A DNA stretch of 64,000 nucleotides from Camelus ferus. Its lineage: Eukaryota. Below the pieces are notes generated by a model, which ran no database searches, was not told where the DNA came from, and was given only the letters and a program-made list of their open reading frames with translations. The stretch covers positions 115,942,001-116,006,000 of the forward strand of contig NC_045697.1 of assembly GCF_009834535.1 (NCBI RefSeq). Reading direction: 5' to 3'. Shown here piece by piece: positions 26,071 to 38,946 of this stretch (positions within the stretch are counted from its first letter, which is position 1; each line of letters begins with the position of its first letter). The position numbers and the translations under genes were made by a program.

Positions 26071-27706
26071 CATACGTACTGATATTGAATCATGGTATAT
26101 GCAGTAATAAAAAAATACCCAAAAAAAAAAAAGGTGAACATTAAAAATCCCCTTCCGTGCTTTAGGTAGGTAGAGTCTGAGAATCTTTGTCTTAAGACTA
26201 TTGTCTTTTTCATCATTGTTTCCGGAGTAGCTCTTTCCAGCTGATGGTGTTAAGTTTGAACAATAATTATGTTTAGATGAATATTCTGTCCTAACGGTCC
26301 CCTTAGGCTGCAATTTAAGGACAGTTGTCAAAATCCTTCTAGCTGCCCAAGCTCAAGGCAAGTGAAGGGGCGTGGGGGCAGCAGAAAGGTCTGGCTGGAT
26401 GTCAGGCACACATTAGAAAAGACAAGTGTATCTAAGACCCTGGCCCAGGAGCCAGTGTCACACATGGTCACAGGTTCTGATGGTCCCTCCAGGGCTGGCT
26501 TGGTCAGAATGCAAGGTATGTGGTCACAGGAGCCCCAAGAAGCTGAACAATAGGAAAATATAAGTGTTTGTCTTTTTTCATGCTCACTAGAAAGACCCAC
26601 CTTACGTGAGGGAGCTACAGGGGAGAAATACGCTGTAGCTTGAGGTCCTCGGAGGGAGGCCAGGAAGGGGAGGCTCTCAAAGAAGCCAAGAGGACTCTCT
26701 GGGAAGGAGTGAGAAGAGATTATCAACACTCAGGAAGGTGTAAAACCAAAACTAGGCTGATGTCCCCCGAAAACGGTCCAGTTCCCCTCTGACTGGCAGA
26801 ACCAGCCCAGTTCGTTGATGCAGAATCACGACAAGGGAGTCCAGGCTGGCCAGGCCCACGCGGCATCTCTGAAGATGCCCAGATTGCAGCGGGAACACGG
26901 GAGCAGTGTGTCTTTTGTCCACAGAGAGGCGAGAGCAATTTAGCAAAGGTAGCTCTGTTTTTTCCCCCCAGGGCTTAGCATTTACCACATGCGAGTGAAG
27001 AAAGATTGAAAGAGAAGAGGGCGCTAAGGCCGCGGGAAGATAGCTCAGAGTGCGTGGGCGGTATGCGGTGGGGGCGAGGAGGGGAGATGGGCATGACGTC
27101 TGCCGAGGAGGACAGAGAAAGTTGGGAGGATGACGGCAGAAGCAGGAGCCCCAGTGCCTCAGACAACAGTCTGGGAAGGAAACAGCCCTCCAGTAACTGC
27201 AGGCGATGTGAACGTGCCCCAGAGTCTCAGGTGACGGAGGAACCCGCATGACTTCCGTCCGCAGAGTACATTACAGTTTGAAATATGCTATATAGTATTT
27301 TCTCTTAATTAAACTTCTTCATTAAACTTTCCAGTAAAATCACTTGTCTTTGACTTCAGAGAGCCCCAGGAGTGCTGGCAGAGAGAAATGTACCACCTGG
27401 AATTAGTCCATGAGAGTCATTATCTGCAGGAATCCATGAAACAAATGTACGGATTCAGATGTTACACGTGCTATTAATCACATTCAAAAAAATCTCAGTA
27501 CAAACAAAATATTTTTAGCCCCTGCAGACGGTATCAGCTCTGAAAAAAGAAGTCATTTCAGTGCTGACATGATAATTAGATGTTACCGCAGTGGGGAGAG
27601 CAGCAGACCGGGAATGCTGGTTCCAGATTCAATAACTTCACCCCAGTGACAATCTAACTACAGGATCGTAACCTGTGTGATCTCAACTGAAAAGGAAATG
27701 TCTGGA

Positions 27707-27871
27707 CCAGTGGTCCCCAAGATGTGATAACAAACGCAGCAACGTCGGCATTCCTTGAGAACTTACGAGAAATGCAAATTCTCAAGCTCTGTCCAAGAAA
27801 CTCTGGAGCCTAAACTGTGTCTAGTGAGCCCTCCAGGTGATTCTGACCCATGCCGAAATTTGGAACCTACT
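27707..27871. mobile_element. MER5A-like DNA transposon
   Basis: 'agaaatgcaaattctc...agccctccaggtgattctga'; cagtgg...ctactg ends. Confidence 0.75.
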
Positions 27872-29567
27872 GAATTAGATGAACTCCAACTTCCCCGACT
27901 GCTCAAAAGGTCTATGGCACCTGTATCATCATCTTCAGTGGTGTATTTCAGACCTCCGCTGTGTCCCCCACCCCTGTTCTAAGCACGTCATGTAAAATAA
28001 TCCATCTAATTACCCCAGCACCCTGGGAGGCAAATTCTATTATTATCACCACTTGGGAAATGCGCTCTGAAAGGATCAGGTAGCTCCTGTGAAAATGCAC
28101 CACCAACATCCTTCTTCAAGGGAGGATGTGTTCCTCCAGCTGCTCTCCAGCCGCAGAGAACCCTTCTGCCCAACGAGCATGCTTTCCAGGGAAGCTCATA
28201 TCAAATAAGGAATCACAAAAGGGTGGAAAGCCTGACCCAATCATGGACCATTCTGATATCATGGATGCTCCATCCATTTCCACACGGGGTTGGCCAAGCC
28301 TTTTCCAAGCCTGCGTTACTTTTGATTTCTTCCTTACCAACCCTGCTTGCTTTCTCTTCCTTTCATGATCCCTAAAGACTCTGCATACCGAACTTCTCAG
28401 CGTCTGCTTCTGGAAAACCCATTTTGCAGCAGCAGCTGACCATAAGTTAGAGAACAGCAGTTGGCGGAGCCAGGATTCAAATCCATCTTAAAATCCTTAG
28501 ATGGACTCTAAGCCTTGGGCTTTTAATAATTTCTTATGCTGCCCTATAATCTGTCACCACCTGGGCTTATAAATGAGTGGGTCAAGCATTTGAACATGAG
28601 ACCTTGGAAATATTTTAATCTTACAAGTGAGGAAACTAAGATGATGTGGGATTGCCCCATGTGCCCCTGGTTGGCAGTATGCTAGCACTGACTTGACCTG
28701 AGATGTTCTGATACCCAGTGTTTTACCGTGTCACGTTATCCTAAAGAAAATATTCACATATTATAATACCAATGAGATAGGATGTTCAGGTAAATTGTAA
28801 TTGTATTAGGGAACATTTGGCACAAAGCCTAGAACATATTACAGTTGATACCACAGAAATACAAAGGACCGTAAGAGCCTACAATTATATGCCAACAAAG
28901 TGGATAGCCTAGAAGAAATGCATAAATTACTGGAAACATACAACCTTCCGAGACTGAGTCATGAAGGAACAGAAAATCTGAACAGACCAATAAAAGTAAT
29001 GAGATTGAATCAGCAATTAAACACCTTCCAACAAAGAAAAGCAAGGAACAGATGACTTCACTGGGGAATTCTACCAAACATTTAAAGAAAAACTAACTCT
29101 AACCCTTCTCAAACTCTTCCAAAACATAGAAGAGGAAGGAACACTGCCAAACTCATTATATGAAGCCAGTATTACCCTGACAGCAAAGCCAGATAAAGAC
29201 ACCGCAAGAGAAAAAAACCACAGTCCAGTATCCCTGATGAATATAGATTCAAACGTCCTCGACAGAATACTGCAAACCAAACCCAGCAGCACATTTAAAG
29301 GATCATACCTCAGCCAAGTGGGATTCATCTCTGGGATGTAAGAATGGTTCAGCATACATAAGTCAAGTAATGTGATACACAAAATGAAGGATAAAAATCA
29401 TATAATCATCTCAATCCATCAGAAAAATCACCTGGCAAAATTCAACACCCTTTCACATAAAAATTCTCATACTAAGTACAGAAAGGAATTTATGTCAACA
29501 TAAAAAAGCCACACATGAATGCCCATAGCTAACATCACATTTAGTGGTGAAAAACTGAAAAGCTTTC

Positions 29568-29902
29568 TGTCCTGGTGCTATACCAAATACCTAAGACAGC
29601 AGAAATTTATTTCTCACAGTTGTGGAGATTGGGAAGTCTAAGATCAAGACACCAGCTGATTCATTTCCTGATAAAAATCTTCCTCCTGGTTTGCCAAAAG
29701 CTGCCTTCTTACTGTATCCTCACATGGTGAGGAGAGAAATCCTTTCTTATGACTCTTCTTATAAAGACACTAATCCCCTACTTGAGGGCTCCACATTAAT
29801 GACCTAACTTCTCCCAAATGCCTTACCTCCAGACAGCAACACATTGGGGATTAGGGCTTCAACATATGGATTTTGGGGGACACAAATATTCAGTTTACAG
29901 CA
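29568..29902 (-). mobile_element. MLT1A-like LTR nested in L1
   Basis: 'aaatttatttctcacagtt...aatattcagtttacagca'; TSD ctttc/ctttt. Confidence 0.8.
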
Positions 29903-31603
29903 CTTTTCCTCTAAGGTTAGGACCAAGACAAGGATGCCCATTCTCACCACTTCTATTCAACATAGTACTGGCCAGAGTAATTAGGCAAGAAAAAGCAATA
30001 AAAAGTATCCAAATCACAAAGGAAGAAGTAAAATTATCCCTGCAGACGACAGGATCTTATATGTAGATAACCCTAAAAATGTCACACAAAAAAAAAAAAC
30101 CCCTATTAAAACTAAAAATGAATTCAACTAAGTTTCAGGATACAAAATCAACAAACAAAAATCAGTTGCATTTTTATTCACTAACAACAAGTTATCCAAA
30201 AAAAAGAAATTAAGAAAGTAATTTCATTTACTATAGCATCAAAAAAAAAAATACTTAGAAATAAACTTAACCAAGGAGGTGAAAGATTTGTACACTGAAA
30301 ATTATAAAACATTGATGAAAGAAATTTTAAAAGATATAAATAAATGGAAAGACATCATATGTTCATGAGTTGAAAGACTTAATATTGTTCAATTTTCCAT
30401 ACTATCCAAAGTAGTCCGCAAATTAAATGTCAAATGGATCAAAATTCCAAATTAAAGATGGCATTCTTTACAGAAATAGAAAAATCAATTCTCAAATTCA
30501 TATGGAAACACCACAGAAGACTCCAAATAGCCAGAGTGATTTTGAGCAAGAGGAATAAAGCTGGAGGCATCACACACCCTCATTTGAAAATACATTACAA
30601 GGTTATAGTGATCAAAAGAGTATGGTGCTGGCATAAAAACAGATATATAGAGCAATGGAACAGGATAGAGAGCCCGGAAATAAACCCGTATGTATACGGT
30701 CAATTGATATTTAATGAGGGTGCCAATGGAAACACACAATGGAAAAACTATAGTCTCTTCCACAGATAGTGCTTCGAAAAGTGGATGTCTACACGCAGAA
30801 GAATGAAGGTAGACCTTTATCTTACATCAGACACAAATATCAACTCAAAATGAATTAAAGATTTAAATGTAAGACCTGAAACTGTAAAACTACTAGAAGA
30901 AAACATAGGGAGAAATCTTGTTGACGGTGGTCTGGGCAATGATTTCTTGGATATGATGCCAAAAGCACAAGCAAAACTGAGCAAGTGGGACTACATCAGA
31001 TGGAAAAGCTTCTGCACAGCAAGAGAAACTGTCAACAAAATAAAAAGGCAGCCTACAGAGGAGAGAATATATATTTGCAAACTATATATCTGCTAAGGAG
31101 TTAATCTCCAAGACGTATGGGATCCCACAACTCAAGGGCAAAAAGATGAATAACTGGACTGAAAAATGTTCAAAGGACTTGAATAGACATTTCTCCAACC
31201 ATAAATGGTTAAGTATATGAAGAGGTGTTCAACATCAATAATTCACAGGGAATTGCAAACCAAAATCACAATGAGGTATCACCTTACACCTGTTAGGATG
31301 GCTATTACCAAAAAGCAAAAGATGACAAGTGTTGGCAAAAATGTGGAGAAATTGGAACCCTGGTAGGAATGGGTTGGTGGGAATGTAAAATGGTGCAGCT
31401 GCTATGAAAAATAGTATGGAAGTTCCTCAAAAAACCAAACATAGACTTACCGTATGATCTAGCAATCCTGTTTCTGGATATTTATCCAAAGGAATTGAAG
31501 TCAGGATCTCAAAGAGAGATTTGCAAGCTCAGGTTCATTGCAGCCTATTCATAATAACCAAGATATGGGAACAACCTAAATGTCCATTTATAGATGAATG
31601 TTA

Positions 31604-31691
31604 GGGGAGGGTACAGCTCAGTGGTAGAGCACATGCTTAGCATGCATGAGGTCCTGGGTTCAATCCACAGTACCTCCATTAAAAAAAAAAA
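31604..31691 (+). mobile_element. tRNA-Ala-derived SINE nested in L1
   Basis: Same head as the other copies, short polyA. Confidence 0.9.
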
Positions 31692-31702
31692 TGGGTGACT
31701 GG

Positions 31703-32047
31703 TGTCCTAGTCCATTCAGGCTGCTGTAACAAAATTTCACAGGCTGGGTGGTTTATAAAGAGTAGAAATTTAATCCTCCCAGTTCTAGAGAATTGTGAGA
31801 AGTTCAAGACCAAGACACCATCATGGTCATGTTCTGGTGAAGGTCCTCTTCCTGGTTCCTTCCGTGCTCTGTCCTCACATGTGGAAGGGTCTAGGAATCT
31901 GTGTAGAGCCTCTTTTAAAAGGACACTAATCCCATTCATAAGGGCTCCACCCTCATGGCTTAAGCACCTCCCAAAGTGTGCACCTCCCCTTTGAGGGTTA
32001 GAATTTCAACCTATGAATTTTGGGGAACAAACATTGAGACCACAGCA
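31703..32047 (-). mobile_element. MLT1A-like LTR nested in L1
   Basis: 'tgtcctagtccattcaggctgctgtaacaaaa...aacattgagaccacagca'; TSD actgg/aatgg. Confidence 0.85.
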
Positions 32048-33409
32048 AATGGCTAAAGCATATGGAATAAAATATTACTCAGGGGTTTTTTTAATAGTTA
32101 AGAAATTTTATTCTAATAGCTGCAACTACAGTGCTTGTTAGTTTCCTTAAAAGAAGGAAATCTTGCCATATGCAACAACGTGGATAAACCTGGAGGGCCT
32201 TTTGCTAAGTGAAACCAGCCAGTCACAAAAAAAAGGGAAAAAACACACGTGACCCCACTTATGTAAGGCACTTAAAATAGTCAAACCCGTAAGTCAGAGA
32301 GCGGAATGATGGTGAACAGGGTCTGGCGTCGAGGGGGAAGCAGAGTTATTTTCAATGAGTATAAATTTCAGTTACACAAAACGTGTAAGTTCTAGAGAAC
32401 TGCTACACAGCGTAGTGCCTAAAGGTTACCAAAACTCTATTGTGTATCGAAAACTTTTTGCTAAAAGGGTGTGTCTCATGTTAAGTGTTCTTACTACCAA
32501 AACCAGATCAAAACAAAATAAAACAAAGAGGCAAGAGGAAACTTTTGGAGGCAATGGTTATGTTTACTGCCTTGATGTGGTGATGGCTTCATGTGTGTTG
32601 GCTTATGTCAAAATTCATCACACTGTACGTGTTAAATATGTGTAACGTTTTGCATAGCAATTATACCTTAATAAAGCTATAAGAAAAAAACCAGAAACCT
32701 GGAGTATGATTCCTGGTTACACGGGAAGCAAAGAAATCAACGTTTTTAAATCAAGTAACCGTCACCAAAAAAGAACCTTCACTGGAAAGAAACACCTCAA
32801 AGTGTTATGGCCAGAGTAAGTCTTTTAGTGCAGTATCAGCTGCTCAGTGAAATCACTAGAGATTCACATTTAATTAATGCAGGACGTGGTCTGCACATTG
32901 GGATTATTTTGAAGCTCTACAGATGACTCCAATATTTGGTAAAGATTGGTAACGGCTGCTTCAGGATACAGTCAGTTCTCATTACACAGCAAGCAATTTC
33001 CTTATAGGAGAAAGCATGCCTGTGTGATAAATTTGGAAAGACGTTTAAATATCTCACTTCATCCAGTGAGCTACTTGGTAGATGTATTAGCATACAAGGG
33101 ATTTGTCCCAATGGTGAGGAGATACAAAAACAAAAGTGCATTTTGATTAAAACATAGTGAGGTTGGGGACAGAAATTTCACCCCAAATTCAGCCTCATTT
33201 GGATCACAACCACCAAAAGATATACTGTTGGCCAGCCTGAGGATAACACAAATATTCTAGGCATGGACTCTACCCTAACAGGAAAAACTCTTTCATACCT
33301 CACGCGGGATTTCAAAGACATTGTCGCATTTAATATCAGACCTATCTCATGGTGTCCTCTTGAAGCACATGCTCAGAGGAAGTGACAAATTAAAATATTT
33401 GAGCACACC

Positions 33410-33670
33410 CATTACTCATTCAACAGCTTTATTCAAAAGTATTTCTTGAGTATCAGCTTTGTGCAAAGCACTAGAGGACCCTGAATGGGAAGGGACGGAA
33501 ATATGGATTCAACACTGGTCCTGAGAGAAGTTCGCAATCTAATGGAGAACAGGGGTGTGTAACTATGACACAAGTTAGGGCCTGAGCGAAGCACAGAGAA
33601 AATGCAGCGAGAGTTCAGACTAGAGACACTGCATCTGGATGGACAGATACGTTCAGGCTCCGTGGAGGAC
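33410..33670 (-). mobile_element. L2 3' fragment
   Basis: 'ctcattcaacag...tatttcttgagtatcagctttgtgcaaagcact'. Confidence 0.6.
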
Positions 33671-33941
33671 AGAAGGAAACAGACCAGCTCCCCAAAAGCC
33701 AATTCACTAAAGGATCCACTCTCCAAAACCCCTCAGTGGGCCAATCGTCATGGAGGAGTAGGATTTGGATGCGTACAGGACACGTTAAAGGCTAGACAGC
33801 GGGGATAAGAATTCCGACATAGTGAATTAATGCAAAAGGGGGTCATATTTTAGATAATTGACACGGGGCAGGCATGACCAACACAGGGTCATTTTTGCTT
33901 GGCGAGGCTAAGGGCAAAGGGTGTTTACAAGGGAATAAGAG

Positions 33942-34395
33942 TGACAACATAACGCCATTTGCAGCAATATGGATGCCCCTGGAGAATGTCATTCTAAGTG
34001 AATTAAGCCAGAAGGAGAAAGAAAAATACCATATGAGATCGCTTATACACAGAATCTAAAAAAAGAAAAAAAAAGAGCATAAATACAAAGCAGAAACAGA
34101 CTCATAGACATAGAATACAAACTTGTGGTTGCCAGCGGGGAGGGGGGTGGGAAGGGACGGACGGGGAGTTCAAAATTTGTAGATACTGACAGGCATATGC
34201 AGAATAGACAAACAAGATTATACTGTACAGCACAGGGAAATATATACAAGATTTTGTGGTAGCTCACAGAGAGAAAAATGTGACAATAAATATATGTATG
34301 TTCATGTATAACTGAAAAATTATGCTCTACACTGGAATTTGACACAACATTGTAAAATGACTGTAACTCAATAAAAAAAAATGTTAAAAAAAAAA
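33942..34395 (+). mobile_element. Young L1 3' end
   Basis: DNITPFAAIWMPLENVILSE ORF2 end; 3'UTR; polyA; TSD gggaataagag at 33931-33941 and 34461-34471. Confidence 0.93.
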
Positions 34396-34949
34396 GATTT
34401 AAAGAATTCCAACAATGGTTAAAGTACAGGTAAACATGAAAAACATTTTTTTTTTAAAGGGGGAATAAGAGGACACAAAAGAGAAAAGTTGGGAGATCAG
34501 ATCATGAGGGAAGGAGCCTGGGAATTTGATGATGTCCACGTTTTCCAGCAAGGAAAGAATATGCCAGACCTCTGCTTCTGGAAAAGTTTAATACTGCGGA
34601 CAAGGGGAGACTGGAGAGGGAGCCCAAGCAGGGGGTCACCGCTCGAAAAAAGCAAAGTCCTACCCCAGGCTCAGTAACCTGCACGAGGGAGTCAGTATTT
34701 CCCTGCCCGGTGCAGAGGGAGTATTGACAAGGAAATCAGGCAAGAACAGCAGGACTCGGGTGGGGACCAGCTGAAAAGTAAACAGAGACGACAGGGCTTC
34801 CTGGACCCTCCGCTCTCCAGCTCTGGCTCCAGAAGAACCACCGGACCTCTCTGGATCTGGAAATCCTCATTTCTTAAAGGAGATAACGTGAGGCACCTGG
34901 GAAGTCCACCTGGCCTCCCACTTTGCAGGCTTATAATTTAATATGACGG

Positions 34950-35720
34950 CCCAAGCCATTGTATGTTCCTGCGCAGGGAAACGAGAGGATGAAAGGGAGA
35001 ATTTGGAAAGATGCGCCCGCCAGACAATATCTACTGTCGGAATCACCGTGTGGGGAACTCTCAGCGCCGCGCCTCCCACGGCATATTTTAGGTTCTCAGG
35101 AAAGCTTTGGATGGACCCGACCACGACCACGGCGCATCTGTCCCTGCGGAAGACAGCCCGGAGGTTTCTCTTGCAGAAAGGATAATGGTGTAATTGCAAA
35201 ATGCATTCAGAGCGGAGTTTCAATAGCGGCCCTTAAGGTGGCGATGTAGGTGCCCTCGGGCGCCGCGCGACGTCACAGACGCGGCTGGCGCTCAGCGCCT
35301 GACTGCGCAGGGCTGCGTGGGTGGTGCAGTGCGGGGCGAGCCAGACGGTGCTGCTCAGACGGAACCGCCCGGATGCAAACTGCCCACGGCACTGTGGGAA
35401 AAAAGAGAAAGAAAGAAAAACCACGAGGATGCGCAGTCGGTGGACCTGAGGAAGGCGGGGAGGTAGGAACTGGCAAGCCCTCTGTGAGAGAGGTTCAGGC
35501 TGACGCGAAGGATAAGAAGAAATCGGTGTGGCCAAAATTAGGGAGATGAGCTGGGAGAGGAGGGGCCATGTCTCCCCTTTCTTGCTTAAGAGTCCAGTGA
35601 GGCCGAAGGGGCGTGTTGCAGAAGGAGGCTTCCCACCCCCGCCGCACGGGAAGGTGACGTCCAGTCCAGCCGCCCCAACCCAAGACCCTGAAAAATCGCC
35701 TGATCCACAAACATGCGGAG
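34950..35720. promoter_or_regulatory. CpG-island-like promoter
   Basis: Densest CpG cluster in the window by eye; CRE-like gacgtca 35269 and tgacgt 35655, NRF1-like tgcgca 35304 and 35430, ETS-like ccggatg 35369, GC boxes 35333 and 35454. Confidence 0.7.
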
Positions 35721-35737
35721 CTGCACCCTTTTCTCCT

Positions 35738-35879
35738 ATTTTTTTTTTCCAGAAGGGGTGGGGGTTTAGTTAGATTATTTAATTATTTATTTACTTTTTT
35801 TTTTTTAATGGAGGTCCTGGGGGTTGAACCCAGGGCCTTATGCATGCCAAGCACGCGCTCGACCACTGAGCTCTACTCT
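35738..35879 (-). mobile_element. tRNA-Ala-derived SINE
   Basis: 'ttgaacccagggccttatgcatgccaagcacgcgctcgaccactgagct'. Confidence 0.9.
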
Positions 35880-36518
35880 GTCTCCTTCTAGATCTGATGG
35901 TCCCTACGGAAATCCTTTCCTCTTCCCTCCAGCGATAGCATGGAACTTCCCTGCATCTTGGAATATTATTTTCATTCATTCCTTTTCTTCAACGTCATTC
36001 TGAGAATAATTAAAAAGTAAAAGATGGCAACACTAAAAACTACCCTAAATATTTGCAGACTAAATGTGTAAACGTTATAAAGTGTAGATGCCAGAAGTCT
36101 CCCTTTCCATGGTAGTCGATCTTATTCCGACAACCCTCTTTCCTGTTGACACACTGGGCATTTCCTTCTCAATTTTTTTCCTGTTTACTCCTACCTGATT
36201 TTTTTTTTTTAACAAATGACTTTTCACATGGCCTTGCAAATGTAAAAAAAAAAAAAAGGCCATTGTGAATATTCCCAAGATGTATGTATAATGTCACTTA
36301 TTTTCAGAAAAGGGGAACAGTCACAATTCGAGAAGAAAAAAAAAAGTTCTGCTTTCAGCCCAGTGTTTTCCTCTCAAGGATTTTAGAATAAAAACACTCT
36401 CAACAGATCCTGAACTGATGAAAGATCGACTCACACTGACAGAAAGATTATCTGCCAGCAGCGAGAGAGACCAGCAACCAGACAGCTGAGACAGAGCAAC
36501 TGTCCTTCAGATAAGTAT

Positions 36519-36634
36519 GGGGGGAGGGTGTAGCTCAGTGGTAGAGCACATGCTTAGCATGCACAAGGTCCTGGGTTCGATCCCCAGTACCTCCACTGAA
36601 AAAAATTATTAAAAATTAAAAGTTTTTTTTAAAA
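36519..36634 (+). mobile_element. tRNA-Ala-derived SINE with intact A and B boxes
   Basis: A box 36531-36541, B box ggttcgatcc 36574-36583; degenerate TSD ataagtat/gtaggtat. Confidence 0.92.
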
Positions 36635-37412
36635 GGTAGGTATAGAATATGAACACCCCAAAATGTATTCAGAAGAGTGACGTTTGAGTAATCAACAAGT
36701 ACTCTATTGTGGTAATTTGTTTGGCAAAGAAAAGAGAAATTAAAAGTATCTTAGTGTAATAGATGGTTGAGTAGATAGCCTTTGCTTCATAAAAAAAGTT
36801 AGCATACCTCGAAAAGAGTTAAGCAAGTGTAATGAATGAATGAGATAAAAGCATTGGAAATTGATCCTATGATCAATATACTTAATGAGAACAATTGAGT
36901 TCAAAGGTGTAAAAAAATAATAGAATTTTAATAAGAAATATCAGCGTATGTAATAACAATACACAGTGATGGGCATTTGTTGTCTATTATCATAGAAGAA
37001 AAATGAAACAAACACAGACTTAAATATCATTAGAAAAAAAATAGATTAACAAACAAAGTAAATTGGTTGTCAGGCTAGCTTTAATGCAGACAAGCAAATA
37101 AGTGCACAGTGTTCTGCACGCTCTTTCGGATGTTTCCCCAAATCCTCCTCCTCTTAAACGCTGTCTGTCCAGAATAAAACTAAACTTCACAGCATCCTCC
37201 CCCATCTCACAGTAACCAAGCAAAGCCACTGTAATTGCCCAGTTCCTCAGGAAAACAGAGCTTCTTAAATAATTTTGTGATGTATTTATCATTTTTACTT
37301 TGAGAATAGTAGGTCTCGGAGTGGAGAGTTTACATTGCAAAGAGCCCAAGGGTGGAGTTGAGAGTTAATTTCTGTGCATCACAAGGAAATAAGTTGCGAT
37401 TGCAGGAAGCTA

Positions 37413-37426
37413 CCACCAGAGGGCAG
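37413..37426 (+). promoter_or_regulatory. CTCF core motif
   Basis: ccaccagagggcag matches the CTCF consensus; tgcag at 37401 upstream. Confidence 0.6.
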
Positions 37427-38620
37427 GTGTGAGCCATGAAGAAGGAGCCGAGCTGGAGGAAAAAACCCGTTGTTATTAAGAGAACAGTTTCTCATGGGTG
37501 TAGACATCTATAAAAATTCATCAAATTGTACGCCTGAAATATGTGTAGTTTACTGTACAGGAATCATACCACAATAAAGATGTTTTTTTAAAAAGAGAGC
37601 AATTGGACGGAGAAGCCATATTTACTCATGCACTTTTCTGAGATACAGATGTTTTGTTTACAGTTCAATGCTTAAGGTAAGATGTAAAGAGTGAAAGGAG
37701 GCGCTAGGCGCCCGAGTTAGCTTCAGAAGTAAGACAGAGTGCGACACAGACCCCTGGGGATTCCTGCTCTCACGTCTGCCCCTTCCGCCCCCGAATAAAC
37801 CAAGCGGGCTATTTCCTATCTGTGTCTTCGCTTGTACTTTTGATATCAGCATATGATTCTCTCAAAAATATGTTATTGATAATAACCTATAATGGGAAAG
37901 AATCATATATATAACCAAATCACTTTGCGGTACACCTGAAACTAGCACAATATTGTAAACCAACTAGACTTCAATTTTTTTTAATTTTTAATAAATTATA
38001 AATTTTTTAAATGTTACTGTTTTACATATTTTTAAACTTGTGTTATTATCCTGAATATATATGTATAATATAGAATATATATTTAATTAAAAAATAGAAT
38101 ATATATAATATATATTCAGTATCCTGTTCAATATATTTGTGAGATTTATTCATGTATTCCTGTGGAGGGATGTAGTGTTAAATTCCTTTTAAATGCATTT
38201 ATTACATTCCCTTGTATTGATACATTACAATTTTTATATCCATTACCTGTATGCAGTATAAAGAACTCCTCTAAATGTAATAAAAAAAAAAAAAAAAGCT
38301 AACCTAAAAGATGGACGGAAGGCTTGTGTAGAAATTTACTTAGGATATTACCATTTTTTTCCTAGTGTAAAAAATGCTACGAAAAAAATCCTAAATATAT
38401 CCCATGGTGTACATGTAAGAGTTTCTCTAGGGCATACACTTCGTAGTATTGTACTGATACAAATCCTCACAGCAGCACAGAATTCCTGCATCCACGTCCT
38501 CACAGACACAGTATTCCCAGATGTTTTCCAGTTTCGCCAATCTGAGGGATCCAAAATGGTTTCTTATCTTCGTTTTAGTTCTAATTCTCATCAGTACTAG
38601 TAAAGTTAAGAATAACATCA

Positions 38621-38946
38621 AAGAAGAAAAAAGGACACTATGACCTCATCTACAAAACAGAAACAGACTCGCAAACGTAGTAAACAATCTTATGGTTACC
38701 AGGGAAAGGGGGTGGGAAGGGATAAATTTGAGAGTTTGAGATCTACAAATGTTAGCCACTATATATAATAATAGATTTTTTTTAAGTTTCTTCTGTATAA
38801 CACAGGGAACTATATTCAAAATCTTGTAATAACCTTTAATGAAAAAGAATATGGAAACGAATATATGTATGTATATGCATGACTGGGACATTGTGTTGCA
38901 CACCAGAAATTGAAACATTGTAACTGACTGTACTTCAACAGAAAAA
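38621..38946 (+). mobile_element. L1 3'UTR nested in old L1
   Basis: Homologous to the other 3'UTRs; TSD aagaataacatca / aagaataaggtca. Confidence 0.9.

Larger units (their letters stand above)
28835..32690 (+). mobile_element. Old L1M (ORF2 RT to 3' end), degenerate, interrupted by three insertions
   Basis: [15 protein letters not shown] (ORF 29818), FFTEIEKSILKFIWK...[12 protein letters not shown] (ORF 30434); ends aataaagct plus A. Confidence 0.93.

Noticed and set aside
31604..31678. SINE heads as true tRNA-Ala genes (also 36524-36596)
   Set aside because: Stem mismatches (acceptor, anticodon or T arm), A-rich tails, TSDs and 12 diverged dispersed copies indicate a SINE.
34867..35773. 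Cluster of overlapping ORFs over the CpG island
   Set aside because: GC-rich DNA is poor in stop codons; none of the ORFs resembles a known protein.
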